Source: Macrostomum lignano (taxonomy: Eukaryota). From it: a stretch of 64,000 bases of DNA. The DNA lies in assembly GCA_002269645.1 (NCBI GenBank), contig NIVC01001784.1, forward strand, positions 85,301 to 149,300, in the 5' to 3' direction. Of this stretch, positions 35,001-45,814 are shown piece after piece. Made by a program: the position numbers and the translations under genes. Under the pieces are notes generated by a model that saw nothing but the letters and a program-made list of their open reading frames with translations, did not search any database and had not been told where the DNA came from. The first letter of the stretch is position 1. Each line of letters begins with the position of its first letter.

Positions 35001-38000
35001 TAGATGCGTCTTGTATCTTGAGAGATGAGAGAGATTAGAGAGAATGATATCAGATGGTGAGATTAGAGACTATGAGATCAGATAGGAAGATTAGATAATG
35101 AGACTAGATGAGATATAATGAGATTAGATGAGAGATAAGAGACATGGAGATCAGCCAATGAGATGAGAGAATGAGACTACAGATAATAAGACTAGATGAG
35201 AGATAAGAGACATGGAGATCAGCCAAGGAGATGAGAGAATGAGACTACAGATAATAAGACTAGATAAGAGATAATGAGATTAGATGAAAGAGATTATGGA
35301 GACATCGAGATTAGAGTTATTGAGACTAGATGAGAGATAATGAGATTGGGTGAAAGAGATTAAAGACAACGAGACTAGAGATAATGAAATTAGACGAGAG
35401 AGATAAGAGACAATAAGACTAGAGATAATGAGATTGGATGAGAGAGATTAGAGACAAGAAATCAGATTAGACAGGCAGCCCAGGACGCACCTTGGCCTGT
35501 GCCTCGTCCAGCAGCTCCCTGGTCTCGTCCAGAGCAGTCTGGCGCTCGTGCGACCCGGCCCGAGCTTCGGCCAGCCGTTTGGCCGCTTCCTCGAGCTGGC
35601 CGGCCAGTTTGGCCCGCTCGGTCTCGGCGTCGCCTAGCAACCGGGCAGCCCGTTCCCGTTCGAGTTCCACCAGCCGGTCGCATTTCTCTCGCCAGGCCCG
35701 CTCAGCCGAGGCTTCAATGTCGGCGGCGCGCTGGGCGAAGTCGCGATCTCCGGCCGTGCGGCAGCGTCGGAGCTCCTCGCGCAGGCTGGCAGCGGCGGCG
35801 TCGCCGGCCTCGCGAGCGGCCGCCAAATCGGCATCGAATTGTTGGCGCTCGGCGGCCAGCTTGGCGCGGGAATCCTGCAGCTGGGCTGCGGGAATGGGAG
35901 GGGTTGCATGGGGAGGCTTAGCGGTCAAATGGAAGGAAATAAAGTAGGGTGCGAGTTGAGGAAGAAGTGGGGGAGGTTCGGAATGGGAAAGCAAAGAAAG
36001 GGAAGAAACGAGGGGAGAGACGAGAGAAGGAGAGACGAGAGGGGAGAGACGGGAGGGAAGAGACGAGAGGGGAGAGACGGGAGGGGAGAGACGAGAGGGG
36101 AGAGACGAGAGGGGAGAGACGAGAGGGGAGAGACGGGAGGGGAGAGATGAGAGGGGAGAGGGGAGAGGGGAGAGACAGGAGGAGAGAGACGGGAGGGGAG
36201 AGATGAGAGGGGAGAGACGGGAGGGGAGAGATGAGAGGGGAGAGGGGAGAGACGGGAGGGGAGACACGAGGGGAGAGACGGGAGGGGAGACAGGAGAGGG
36301 GAGAGATGGGAGACGGGAGGTGAGACATGAGAGGGGAGAGATGAGAGACGGGAGGGGAGACATGAGAGGGGAGAGATGGGAGACGGGAGGTGAGACATGA
36401 GAGGGGAGAGATGAGAGACGGGAGGGGAGACAGGAGAGGGGAGAGATGGGAGACGGGAGGGGAGACAGGAGAGGGGAGAGATGGGAGACGGGAGGGGAGA
36501 CAGGAGAGGGGAGAGATGGGAGGGGAGACATGAGAGGGGAGAGATGGGAGACGGGAGGGGAGACAGGAGAGGGGAGAGATGGGAGACGGGAGGGGAGACA
36601 GGAGAGGGGAGAGATGGGAGACGGGAGGGGAGACAGGAGAGGGGAGAGATGGGAGACGGGAGGGGAGACAGGAGAGGGGAGAGATGGGAGACGGGAGGGG
36701 AGACAGGAGAGGGGAGAGATGAGAGACGGGAGGGGAGACAGGAGAGGGGAGAGATGGGAGACGGGAGGGGAGACAGGAGAGGGGAGAGGCAGTCAGGCAG
36801 CAGAGCCCTCACCAGCGGCCCTGTCAGCCCTGTCCTGCAGCTCATCCCTGGCCTCGGCCAGTTCCCTCGCTCGCTCCTCGCCAGCCAGACGGGCTTTCCG
36901 TTCGTCCTTGAGCCCAGCCTCGGCCTGCTGCGCCTTGGTCTCGGCCTCGGCCAGGCGGGTCCGCAGCTGCAGCAGGGCGGTGTCGTTTGTCTCCGTGCGG
37001 CCCAGAGCGGCGGACAGCTCGGCGCGCAGCTGCCGCTCGCCAGTCTCCAATTCAGCTAATCGAGTCTGGTGCTCGCTCAGTTGAGCCGTGCGCTCGCCCA
37101 GGCGTTTAGTCAGGTCGAGTTTCTCCTGTTCGAGTTCGAGTACACGGCGGGCGGACTCGGCTGCGGCCAGTTGCAGAGAGTCGGCGTTCTTCTCTAACAG
37201 GCTGTTGCTCTGCTCGTGCGAGGCCTGGCTGCGCCTCACCAGGGCGCTGATCTGCGGCAACGGAGAGGGGGAGGCTTTCTATACCCCACTGGATAGGAAA
37301 GATACTTCACTGGATAGGAAAGATACCCCTATAGAAAAAAAAATACCCCACTGGATCGAAAAGATACCCCATTGGATAGAAAAGATACCCCACTGGATAG
37401 AAGAGATACCTCACAGTCCCCACTGGATAGCAAAAAGACCCCACTGGATAAAAGAGATACCCCACTGGATAGAAAAGATACCCCACTGGATAGAAGAGAT
37501 ACCCCACAGTCCCCACTGGATAGCAAAAAGACCCCACTGGATAGAAGAGATACCCCACTGGATAGAAAAGATACTCCACTGGATAGAAGAGATACCCCAC
37601 TGGATAGAAAAGATACCCCACTGGATAGAAGAGATACCCCACAGTCCCCACTGGATAGCAAAAAGACCCCACTGGATAGAAGAGATACCCAACTGGATAG
37701 CAAAAAGACCCCACTGGATAGAAGAGATACCCAACTGGATAGAAAAGATACTCCACTGGATAGAAAAGATACTCCACTGGATAGAAGAGATACCCCACTG
37801 GATAGCAAAAAGACTCCACTGGATAGCAAAAAGACCCCACTGGATAGCAAAAAGACCCCACTGGATAGCAAAAAGACCCTACTGGATAGCAAAAAGACCC
37901 CACTGGATAGCAAAAAGACCCCACTGGATAGCAAAAAGACCCCACTGGATAGAAAAGATACTCCACTGGATAGCAAAAAGACCCCACTGGATGGCAAAAA

Positions 38001-41000
38001 GACCCCACTGGATAGCAAAAAGACCCCACTGAATAGCAAAAAGACCCCACTGGATAGCAAAAAGACCCCACTGGATAGCAAAAAGACCCCACTGAATAGC
38101 AAAAAGACCCCACTGGATAGCAAAAAGACCCCACTGGATAGCAAAAAGACCCTACTGGATAGCAAAAAGACCCCACTGGATAGAAAAGATACTCCACTGG
38201 ATAGCAAAAAGACCCCACTGGATAGCAAAAAGACCCCACTGGATAGCAAAAAGACCCCACTGGATAGCAAAAAGACCCCACTGGATAGCAAAAAGACCCC
38301 ACTGGATAGCAAAAAGACCCCACTGGATAGCAAAAAGACCCCACTGGATAGCAAAAAGACCCCACTGGATAGCAAAAAGACCCCACTGGATAGCAAAAAG
38401 ATAACAAAAAGACCCCACTGGATAGCAAAAAGACCCCACTGGATAGAAGAGATACCCCATTGGATCGAAAAGATACCCCACTGGATAGAAGAGATACCCC
38501 ACTGGATAGAAAAGATACTCCACTGGATAGCAAAAAGACCCCATTGGGTAGCAAAAAGACCCCACTGGATCGAAAAGATACTCCACTGGATAGAAGAGAT
38601 ACCCCACTGGATCGAAAAGATACCCCACTGGATAGAAGAGATACCCCACAGTCCCCACTGGATAGCAAAAAGACCCCACTGGATAGAAGAGATAACCCAC
38701 TGGATCGAAAAGATACTCCACTGGATAGCAAAAAGACCCCACTGGATAGAAGAGATAACCCACTGGATCGAAAAGATACTCCACTGGATAGCAAAAAGAC
38801 CCCACTGGATAGAAGAGATAACCCACTGGATCGAAAAGATACTCCACTGGATAGCAAAAAGACCCCATTGGATAGCAAAAAGACCCCATTGGATAGCAAA
38901 AAGACCCCATTGGATAGCAAAAAGACCCCATCAGATAGAAAAGATAGATTATAACGACTCAAACGACTGCAATGTGACGGAGGCGACTGTTCAAGTCAAG
39001 TCGCCTCTTAAGGCTAAAGGCTAAAGCACTTACCTTATCGTTCAGCTCCTGAATCTTGTCGCTCTTCTCAGTAACTTCTTTCCTAAGCGAATCATTGTCG
39101 CGAACCAGCCTGCCGATGCTGGTAAACAGAACCGAAGCCTCCAAAGTCGGAGCTTGCACCTGCAGCTGGTGGCGATCTTTTTCGGCGTCAACAATAGACT
39201 GAACCCGTTCGGTTAGCCGGTCTAATTGGTCTTGGACTCGAGCCACCGATAGGCGCATCTCTGTGTTGTGCTGGCGAGTTTCGCTGACTAGCATCGAGGT
39301 TGCAGCGCTGCTGCTTGAGTCGGTCGCTGGCTGTTGCTGCTGCTGCTGCTGCAGATGATGCGCCATCAGGGGAGACGGAGCGTAGGGCAGTACAGCGGAA
39401 CCCAACGGCTGCTGCTGCTGTGACTGTACAGGATACGGCTGACCGGATGCGGCCGCCGTCAAATAGCCCATTGAAGCGGCTGCTGAAACCATCGGATCCA
39501 TGGCTGCGGCGCCAGGATAGGCTGGAGGAAACGCCTGCAATTTTATGGTATTTATTATTTTAATATTTTTATTATTAGTACTTCAAGTATTAGTATAATT
39601 TGGCTAGCAGCAGGCTTTTTCAACTAAAACTGAGGCAGTCAGGTTTTCAATATTATATGCCTAATGTCAAAGTACTTCGGGTGTGTCATAAGTGATGTCA
39701 CTGCAAGCCTCTGTCTAAAATATGTAGGCACATGGACTTGTGGGTAGTGTAGCTGCAAAGTATACTTAGTGAAGCAATACCAGTGCATTTGAGACGTGCA
39801 TAGGTTGTTTATGGCCCAACCTATCGCAAGAATACGCCAAGCAGATTTAGCAAGTGCAACGCGATGAAAACTCGTCTATGCAGCGAACAAAAATAACCAT
39901 GAATCTCGACAAGACGCCTGCACCAAGCAGATCCGCAAGGTGTTCAGCAGCCGGGGCTTGAATGACATCCTAAACTGCCTGGTTGCTGAGGATGAAAGCT
40001 GGCTCCACCTGGATGGCAAGGGCAGCAAGGCAGACAATCGCTGCTGGCTGGGAGCTGGGGTCTGCTGCCGACCGTGACCACGAGGTCCTTCTCGGACAAG
40101 AAGACCATGCTGCTGGTGGCCTTTACGCCAAACAAAGATGTCTCATCGAGGGTCAAACGTCAAGTTCGATTGTCAGTAGTTTTTATCCGCTTTTGCCCGG
40201 CACACTGGGGTCCTTTGGCGCACTCTTCGGTCAAATCCATGTCTCCTGGACGAGGTTCTGTGGCAGGTGGACACCGCACGGTCGCACACCTGTAAGCCTG
40301 TTTCGGATTTTCTACCTGCACGGCGAGTGAATCTGCTCTGACAGTCCCTACAGCCCGGACCTCAACTTGTGCGGCAGATTTCTGTTCAAATGGCTGAAGG
40401 CTGACTTTTCCAAGAAGAGTTTCGCAAATCATGAAGAGATCAAACAGGCCGCGTTGCACTGGTTATGGCTGTTGGATTAAAAACACCTGCAGGCTGAGGT
40501 GGACAAGCTGTATGAGCATTGCCAGAGAGTGATTGATATTGGGGGACTCTATATTGTTGAGTGGTACAGTTTTGTTCATCTGCGATTGCAAGTTCGTCTG
40601 TTTTCACATCAGTGACATAACTTTTGGCACACCCGAAGTATCTAAAATGACATCCAGGCCCCCAATGTCAAAGCATCTAAAATGACATCCAGGCCCACAA
40701 TGTCAAAGCATCTAAAAGGACATCTAGGGCCCAATGTCAAAGCAGTTAAAATGACATCTACGGTAGGGCCCAATGTCGAAGCAGTTAAAAGGACATCTAG
40801 GGCCCCAATGTCAGAACATCTAAAAGGACATCTAGGGCCCAGTGTCAAAGCAGTTAAAAGGACATCTAGGGCCCCAATGTCAAAGCAGTTAAAAGGGGAT
40901 CTAGGGCCCAGTGTCAAAGCAGTTAAAAGGACATCTAGGGCCCCAATGTCAAAGCAGTTAAAAGGGGATCTAGGGCCCAGTGTCAAAGCAGTTAAAAGGA

Positions 41001-44000
41001 CATCTAGGGCCCCAATGTCAAAGCATCTAAAAGGGCATCTAGGGCCCAATGTCAAAGCATCTAAAAGGACATCTAGGCCCCCAATGTCAAAGCATCTAAA
41101 ATGACATCTAGGCCCCCAATGTCAAAGCATCCAAGAGGACATCTAAGGCCCAATGTCAGAACATCTAAAAGGACATCTAGGGCCCAATGTCAAAGCAGTT
41201 AAAAGGACATCTAGGGCCCAGTGTCAAAGCAGTTAAAAGGACATCTAGAGCCCAGTGTCAAAGCAGTTAAAAGGACATCTAGGTCCCAATGTCAAAGCAT
41301 CTAAAAGGGCATCTAGGGCCCAATGTCAAAGCATCTAAAAGGACATCTAGGCCCCCAATGTCAAAGCATTTAAAAGGACATCTAGGCCTCCAATGTCAAA
41401 GCATCTAAAATGACATCTAGGCCCCCAATGTCAAAGCATCCAAGAGGACATCTAAGGCCCAATGTCAGAACATCTAAAAGGACATCTAGGGCCCAATGTC
41501 AAAGCAGTTAAAAGGACATCTAGGGCCCAGTGTCAAAGCAGTTAAAAGGACATCTAGGGCCCAGTGTCAAAGCAGTTAAAAGGACATCTAGGTCCCAATG
41601 TCAAAGCATTTAAAAGGACATCTAGGGCCCCAATTTCAAAGCATTTAAATGAACATCTAGGGCCTAATGTCAGGGCATTTAAAGGGACATCTAGGGCCTA
41701 ATGTCAGGGCATTCAAAGGGACATCTAGGGCCTAATGTCAGGGCATTCAAAGGGACATCTAGGGCCTAATGTCAGGGCATTCAAAGGGACATCTAGGGCC
41801 TAATGTCAGGGCATTCAAAGAGACATCTAGGGCCCCTTGACATTGGGTTGCATAGTTCTAATCTATGAAATGACAATCAGTGCTTGAATTATTGAAACTT
41901 ACGAGGAAGTCACGTACAATTATGCAGACAAAAATTTACCTAACAATTTTAGTAACAATGCTTAATAACCATCACGGATCAATATTCACCTGCGGATAAT
42001 ACGCGGGATGTAGAAAAGGCGGCAGCTGCCGATGTTGATGCAGCTGAGGATGCTGAGGGTGAGCCTGCTGCTGCTGCTGCTGCTGGGATTGCTGCTTCTT
42101 TTTCGGCTTTGGCGGCGGCTTCTTTGCTTCCCGTTGCTCTTCTTCGTCATCATTTTCCTCTTCATCGTCTAGACCAGAAGTTGCTCCGGCTGCGGCGGCC
42201 GCGGTTGCCTGAGACGAGGCGGAACCGGCCGATGAAGAAGGAATGACAGCCTGAAGGATTTGCGCACGAAAATTTATAACTATCGTTCGTCTAACATTCG
42301 TGTTAGAGTGAAGCTTCTCTATGCACATTGGGGCAGAGGGGGTTGAAGCTTCACTGGTTGGCTGGCTAGGAGTGAGGCGGGCCGCCTTCTCTATCCACAT
42401 TGGGGCAGAGGGGGTTGAAGCTTCACTGGATGGCTGGCTAGGAGTGAGGCGGGCCGCCTTCTCTATCCACATTGGGGCAGAGGGGGTTGAAGCTTCACTG
42501 GATGGCTGGCTAGGAGTGAGGCGGGCCGCCTTCTCTATGTACATTGGGGCAGAGGGGGTTGAAGCTTCACTGGTTGGCTGACTAGGAGTGAGGCGGGCCG
42601 CCTTCTCTGCGTACAGTGGGGCAGAGGGGGTTGAAGCTTCACTGGTTGGCTGGCTGGGAGTGGGGCGGGCCGCCTTCTCTATCCACATTGGGGCAGAGGA
42701 GGTTGAAGCTTCACTGGCTGGCTGGCTAGGAGTGAGGCGGGCCGCCTTCTCTGCGTACAGTGGGGCAGAGGGGTTGAAGCTTCACTGGCTGGTTAGGAGT
42801 GAGGCGGGCCGCATTCTCTATGTACATTCGTACAAATCAGGGTTCATAAACTGTTGTCCAACTTATATGTACACTCGTTTATTCTAATTTTCGGATTCGC
42901 CAAATTATAATTGCAGGAGAATTGTCTCGGACCGACACCCAGGAAAATTGGCCTCTAACAGAATAGAATAGGCAATTTTGATGAATTACCTGTCCCATCT
43001 TGGCCATTCTACTAAGCAATTTAGCCTTCTCAGAAGTTTCGCCTTTCTCAGAAATAACAGACGAATCGTCGCCGGACATATTTTGCGATTTTTCAACAGG
43101 AGGCGGCGGAGGCGGCGGCTGCTGTTGTTGCTGTTTAACGCGCAGAAGCTCCACAAAGCAAACTACAGTAGCATTTGGCGGCACAGTCGGATTGGCGGAA
43201 TTGCCAGCCGAGCCAAAAGCCATACCAGCTGGCAGCACCAGCAGACGGCTGCTGCCTTTCCGCATGCCCGGCAGGCCGCGGTCGAAGCCGGGAAGCGCGG
43301 CCGAGGACCGGCTGGAGCCGCCCGCCCGGCCTAGGCGGAAGCGGATCGGCGACTCTGTGGAAAAATCTGCCGCAGACTCGTCGCTTCCGGTTCCGCTTCC
43401 GCAGCGCAAACCGTCCGGGGCCAGCAGCCATAGGGAATAGCGGATCTGGATGGATGGGTGGTGGACTGAACAGTCAGTCTGTAAAACTAGCTGTCAGTCT
43501 GTAAAACTAGCTGTCAGTCTGTAAAACTGGCTGTCAGTCTGTAAAACTAGCTGTCAGTCTGTAAAACTGGCTGTCAGTCTGTAAAACTGGCTGTCAGTCT
43601 GTAAAACTGGCTGTCAGTCTGTAAAACAAACTGCCAGTCTGTAAACTGTCAAAACGTCAATCAATTAGCCTCTCAGATGCAAACCTCGGCGCTATCCTCG
43701 GCGCCAAGTTCGGCGCCCTCCCCGGCGCTAAGATCGAATTTAATAAGCCGCTGCCCGCCCGACTGCAGGTGCATCAGCACGGCCAGCTGGCGTAGGAATG
43801 CGTGAGCTCGAGCTGTAGAATCGAATAGCAGAGACCAGTACTGGTTCTGCGAGTCCAACACGCTCAGGTACTGCGACCGACTCAACTGCAAGTTGATTTG
43901 AGAGTTTGCACATCATAATTCAATATTTTTTATACTTTACACCTGAACCTTCAGTCTGACTCTGCAGCTAAACTCTGAGTCCTGAAGCTTTGCTGAAGCT

Positions 44001-45814
44001 AAACTCTGACTCCTGAAGCTTTGCTGAAGCTAAACTCTGACTCCTGAAGCTTTGCTGAAGCTAAACTCTGACTCCTGAAGCTTTGCTAAAGCTAAACTCT
44101 GACTCCTGAAGCTTTGCTGAAGCTAAACTCTGACTCCTGAAGCTTTGCTAAAGCTAAACTCTGACTCCTGAAGCTTTGCTAAAGCTAAACTCTGACTCCT
44201 GAAGCTTTGCTGAAGCTAAACTCTGACTCCTGAAGCTTTGCTAAAGCTAAACTCTGACTCCTGAAGCTTTGCTGAAGCTAAACTCTGACTCCTGAAGCTT
44301 TGCTAAAGCTAAACTCTGACTCCTGAAGCTTTGCTGAAGCTAAACTCTGACTCCTGAAGCTTTGCTGAAGCTAAACTCTGACTCCTGAAGCTTTGCTGAA
44401 GCTAAACTCTGACTCCTGAAGCTTTGCTGAAGCTAAACTCTGACTCCTGAAGCTTTGCTGAAGCTAAACTCTGACTCCTGAAGCTTTGCTGAAGCTAAAC
44501 TCTGACTCCTGAAGCTTTGCTGAAGCTAAACTCTGACTCCTGAAGCTTTGCTGAAGCTAAACTCTGACTCCTGAAGCTTTGCTGAAGCTAAACTCTGACT
44601 CCTGAAGCTTTGCTGAAGCTAAACTCTGACTCCTGAAGCTTTGCTGAAGCTAAACTCTGACTCCTGAAGCTTTGCTGAAGCTAAACTCTGACTCCTGAAG
44701 CTTTGCTGAAGCTAAACTCTGACTCCTGAAGCTTTTCCAAATGATAATTCTTTTTTTATAAATAAGAATACTTATTTTCGTATCAATCAGCCTACTTAGT
44801 AGTCTAGAAAGCTTATATGCTGAATAAAAAACATTATTACAAAGCAAAAAAACCTGTTATAGTATAAAATTTATAATCTCAACGCTTTGCACTCACAGAT
44901 AATTGACTGGCCTCGTGCACGGCAGCCTGAGCAATTTGCTTATCAGAGCCCTGATAGATAATTATGCGATAATCCGATTTAGCGATATTCGCTACCAGCG
45001 CCGTGTTAAGTCTGCCCTGCGAGTGATACTGACCGTCCGAGCTAAAATTGATTTGCATTTTTAAAGTTCAGGTCACAGGAAGGGATGGAGACAGTCCACT
45101 GAAGCTTCAGGGTGAGGGTCTGAAGGTATGGAGACAATCCACTGAAGCTTCAGGGTGAGGATCTGAAGGGATGGAGACAATCTGCTGAGGCTTCAGTGTG
45201 ATGGTCTGAAGGGATGTAGAAAATCCACTGAAGCTTCTTTAGGGTGAGGGTCTGAGGGATGTAGAAAATCCACTGAAGCTTCTTTAGGGTGAGGGTCTGA
45301 AGGGGTGTAGAAAATCCACTGAAGCTTCTTCAGGGTGAGGGTCTGAAGGGGTGTAGAAAATCCACTGAAGCTTCTTCAGGGTGAGGGTCTGAAGGGATGT
45401 AGAAAATCCACTGAAGCTTCTTCAGGGTGAGGGTCTGAAGGGATGAAGACAATCTACTGAAGCTACAGGGTGAGGGTCTGATGTGATGGAGACAATCCAC
45501 TGAAGCTTCTTCAGGGTGAGGGGCTGAAGGGATAATTAGGAAAACAAAATGCACAAACACTACTCACATCTTATAAGCAGTAATATTAGTTGGCAATAGT
45601 AAATGAGTTTGATTTGATGCTGTAATAAAAAGGATTTTGTTTAATATTATAGCAAATTGTAGTCTTAAAATATTATAAACTTTTCTGTTTTCAGCCCAGT
45701 AACTCACGCGGTGCAGGAGGCTTAGGCTGTTTAGGTGCAGAGTAGCTCAATGATTGGTTGGCCACATGGCTGTCTCTGGCCTCACTGCCAAACAATGAGG
45801 CCAACTTTGATGAC
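29028..45814 (-). CDS. FKBP15: FK506-binding protein 15 (FKBP15/FKBP133/WAFL). Exons 45814-45708, 45619-45568, 45041-44897, 43885-43685, 43445-42990, 42250-41990, 39534-39034, 37251-36813, 35885-35491, 34985-34812, 34735-34628, 34194-32897, 32824-32684, 32596-32494, 29114-29028; initiator exon unresolved
   Basis: N-terminal KLASLFG...YSAPKQPK. PH/WH1-like DGQY..QG...YRIIIY...W.LLFDS. FKBP fold LPGFDRGLPGMRKG..R..VPPNATV..VEL. LLSRMAKMGQ. ETRQHNTEMRL. Coiled coil. VMNGVFQSLRR. C-terminal PLFSDDEDDDSMDWLK*, like human PLFGDDDDDDDIDWLG. All splice phases are consistent. Confidence 0.93.
29190..32310. repeat. 72-bp minisatellite, ~43 highly homogeneous copies, in the last FKBP15 intron
   Basis: Unit AAATGTACACTGTGGGAGAGAGAGGTTTGAATTGTCACTAACTGGCTGGGGAGGCTAGATAATTCAATCGGC; 24-aa periodic ORF. 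Confidence 0.98.
34240..34585. repeat. ~70-72-bp minisatellite, inverted relative to 42310-42830
   Basis: ATAGAGAAGGCGGCCCGCCCCACTCC..GCCAGCCAGTGAAGCTTCAACCCCCTCTGCCCCAATG is the reverse complement of the 42.3-kb unit. Confidence 0.92.
35010..35460. repeat. Degenerate GAGATTAGAT/GAGATAA-type repeat in an FKBP15 intron
   Basis: Direct observation. Confidence 0.8.
36010..36790. repeat. Purine-rich ~35-bp minisatellite (GGGAGACGGGAGGGGAGACAGGAGAGGGGAGAGAT)n
   Basis: Direct tandem copies inside intron 36812-35886. Confidence 0.95.
37280..38950. repeat. 21-bp minisatellite (CCACTGGATAGCAAAAAGACC)n
   Basis: 7-aa periodic ORFs in several frames. Confidence 0.97.
39675..40638 (+). mobile_element. 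Internally deleted, degenerate mariner (Tc1/mariner) transposon in an FKBP15 intron
   Basis: ~29-bp TIRs CTTCGGGTGTGTCATAAGTGATGTCACTG / CAGTGACATAACTTTTGGCACACCCGAAG (3 mismatches). TA TSD at 39673-39674 and 40639-40640. Frameshifted transposase remnants EDESWLHL, KKTML, YSPDLN.C..FLFKWLK, KSFANHEEIK, KLYEHCQRVIDIGG.Y. Confidence 0.9.
40640..41830. repeat. ~33-35-bp minisatellite (AAAGGACATCTAGGGCCCAATGTCAAAGCATCT)n
   Basis: Direct tandem copies starting right after the mariner TIR. Confidence 0.95.
42310..42830. repeat. 72-bp minisatellite in FKBP15 intron 42989-42251
   Basis: Unit TTCTCTATGTACATTGGGGCAGAGGGGGTTGAAGCTTCACTGGTTGGCTGGCTAGGAGTGAGGCGGGCCGCC. Confidence 0.95.
43465..43650. repeat. 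20-bp minisatellite (GTCAGTCTGTAAAACTAGCT)n
   Basis: Direct tandem copies. Confidence 0.95.
43960..44735. repeat. 31-bp minisatellite (CTGAAGCTTTGCTGAAGCTAAACTCTGACTC)n
   Basis: Period of 31 bp read directly. Confidence 0.97.
45075..45530. repeat. ~40-43-bp minisatellite with core CCACTGAAGCTTC..AGGGTGAGGGTCTGAAGGG
   Basis: Direct tandem copies. Confidence 0.92.
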
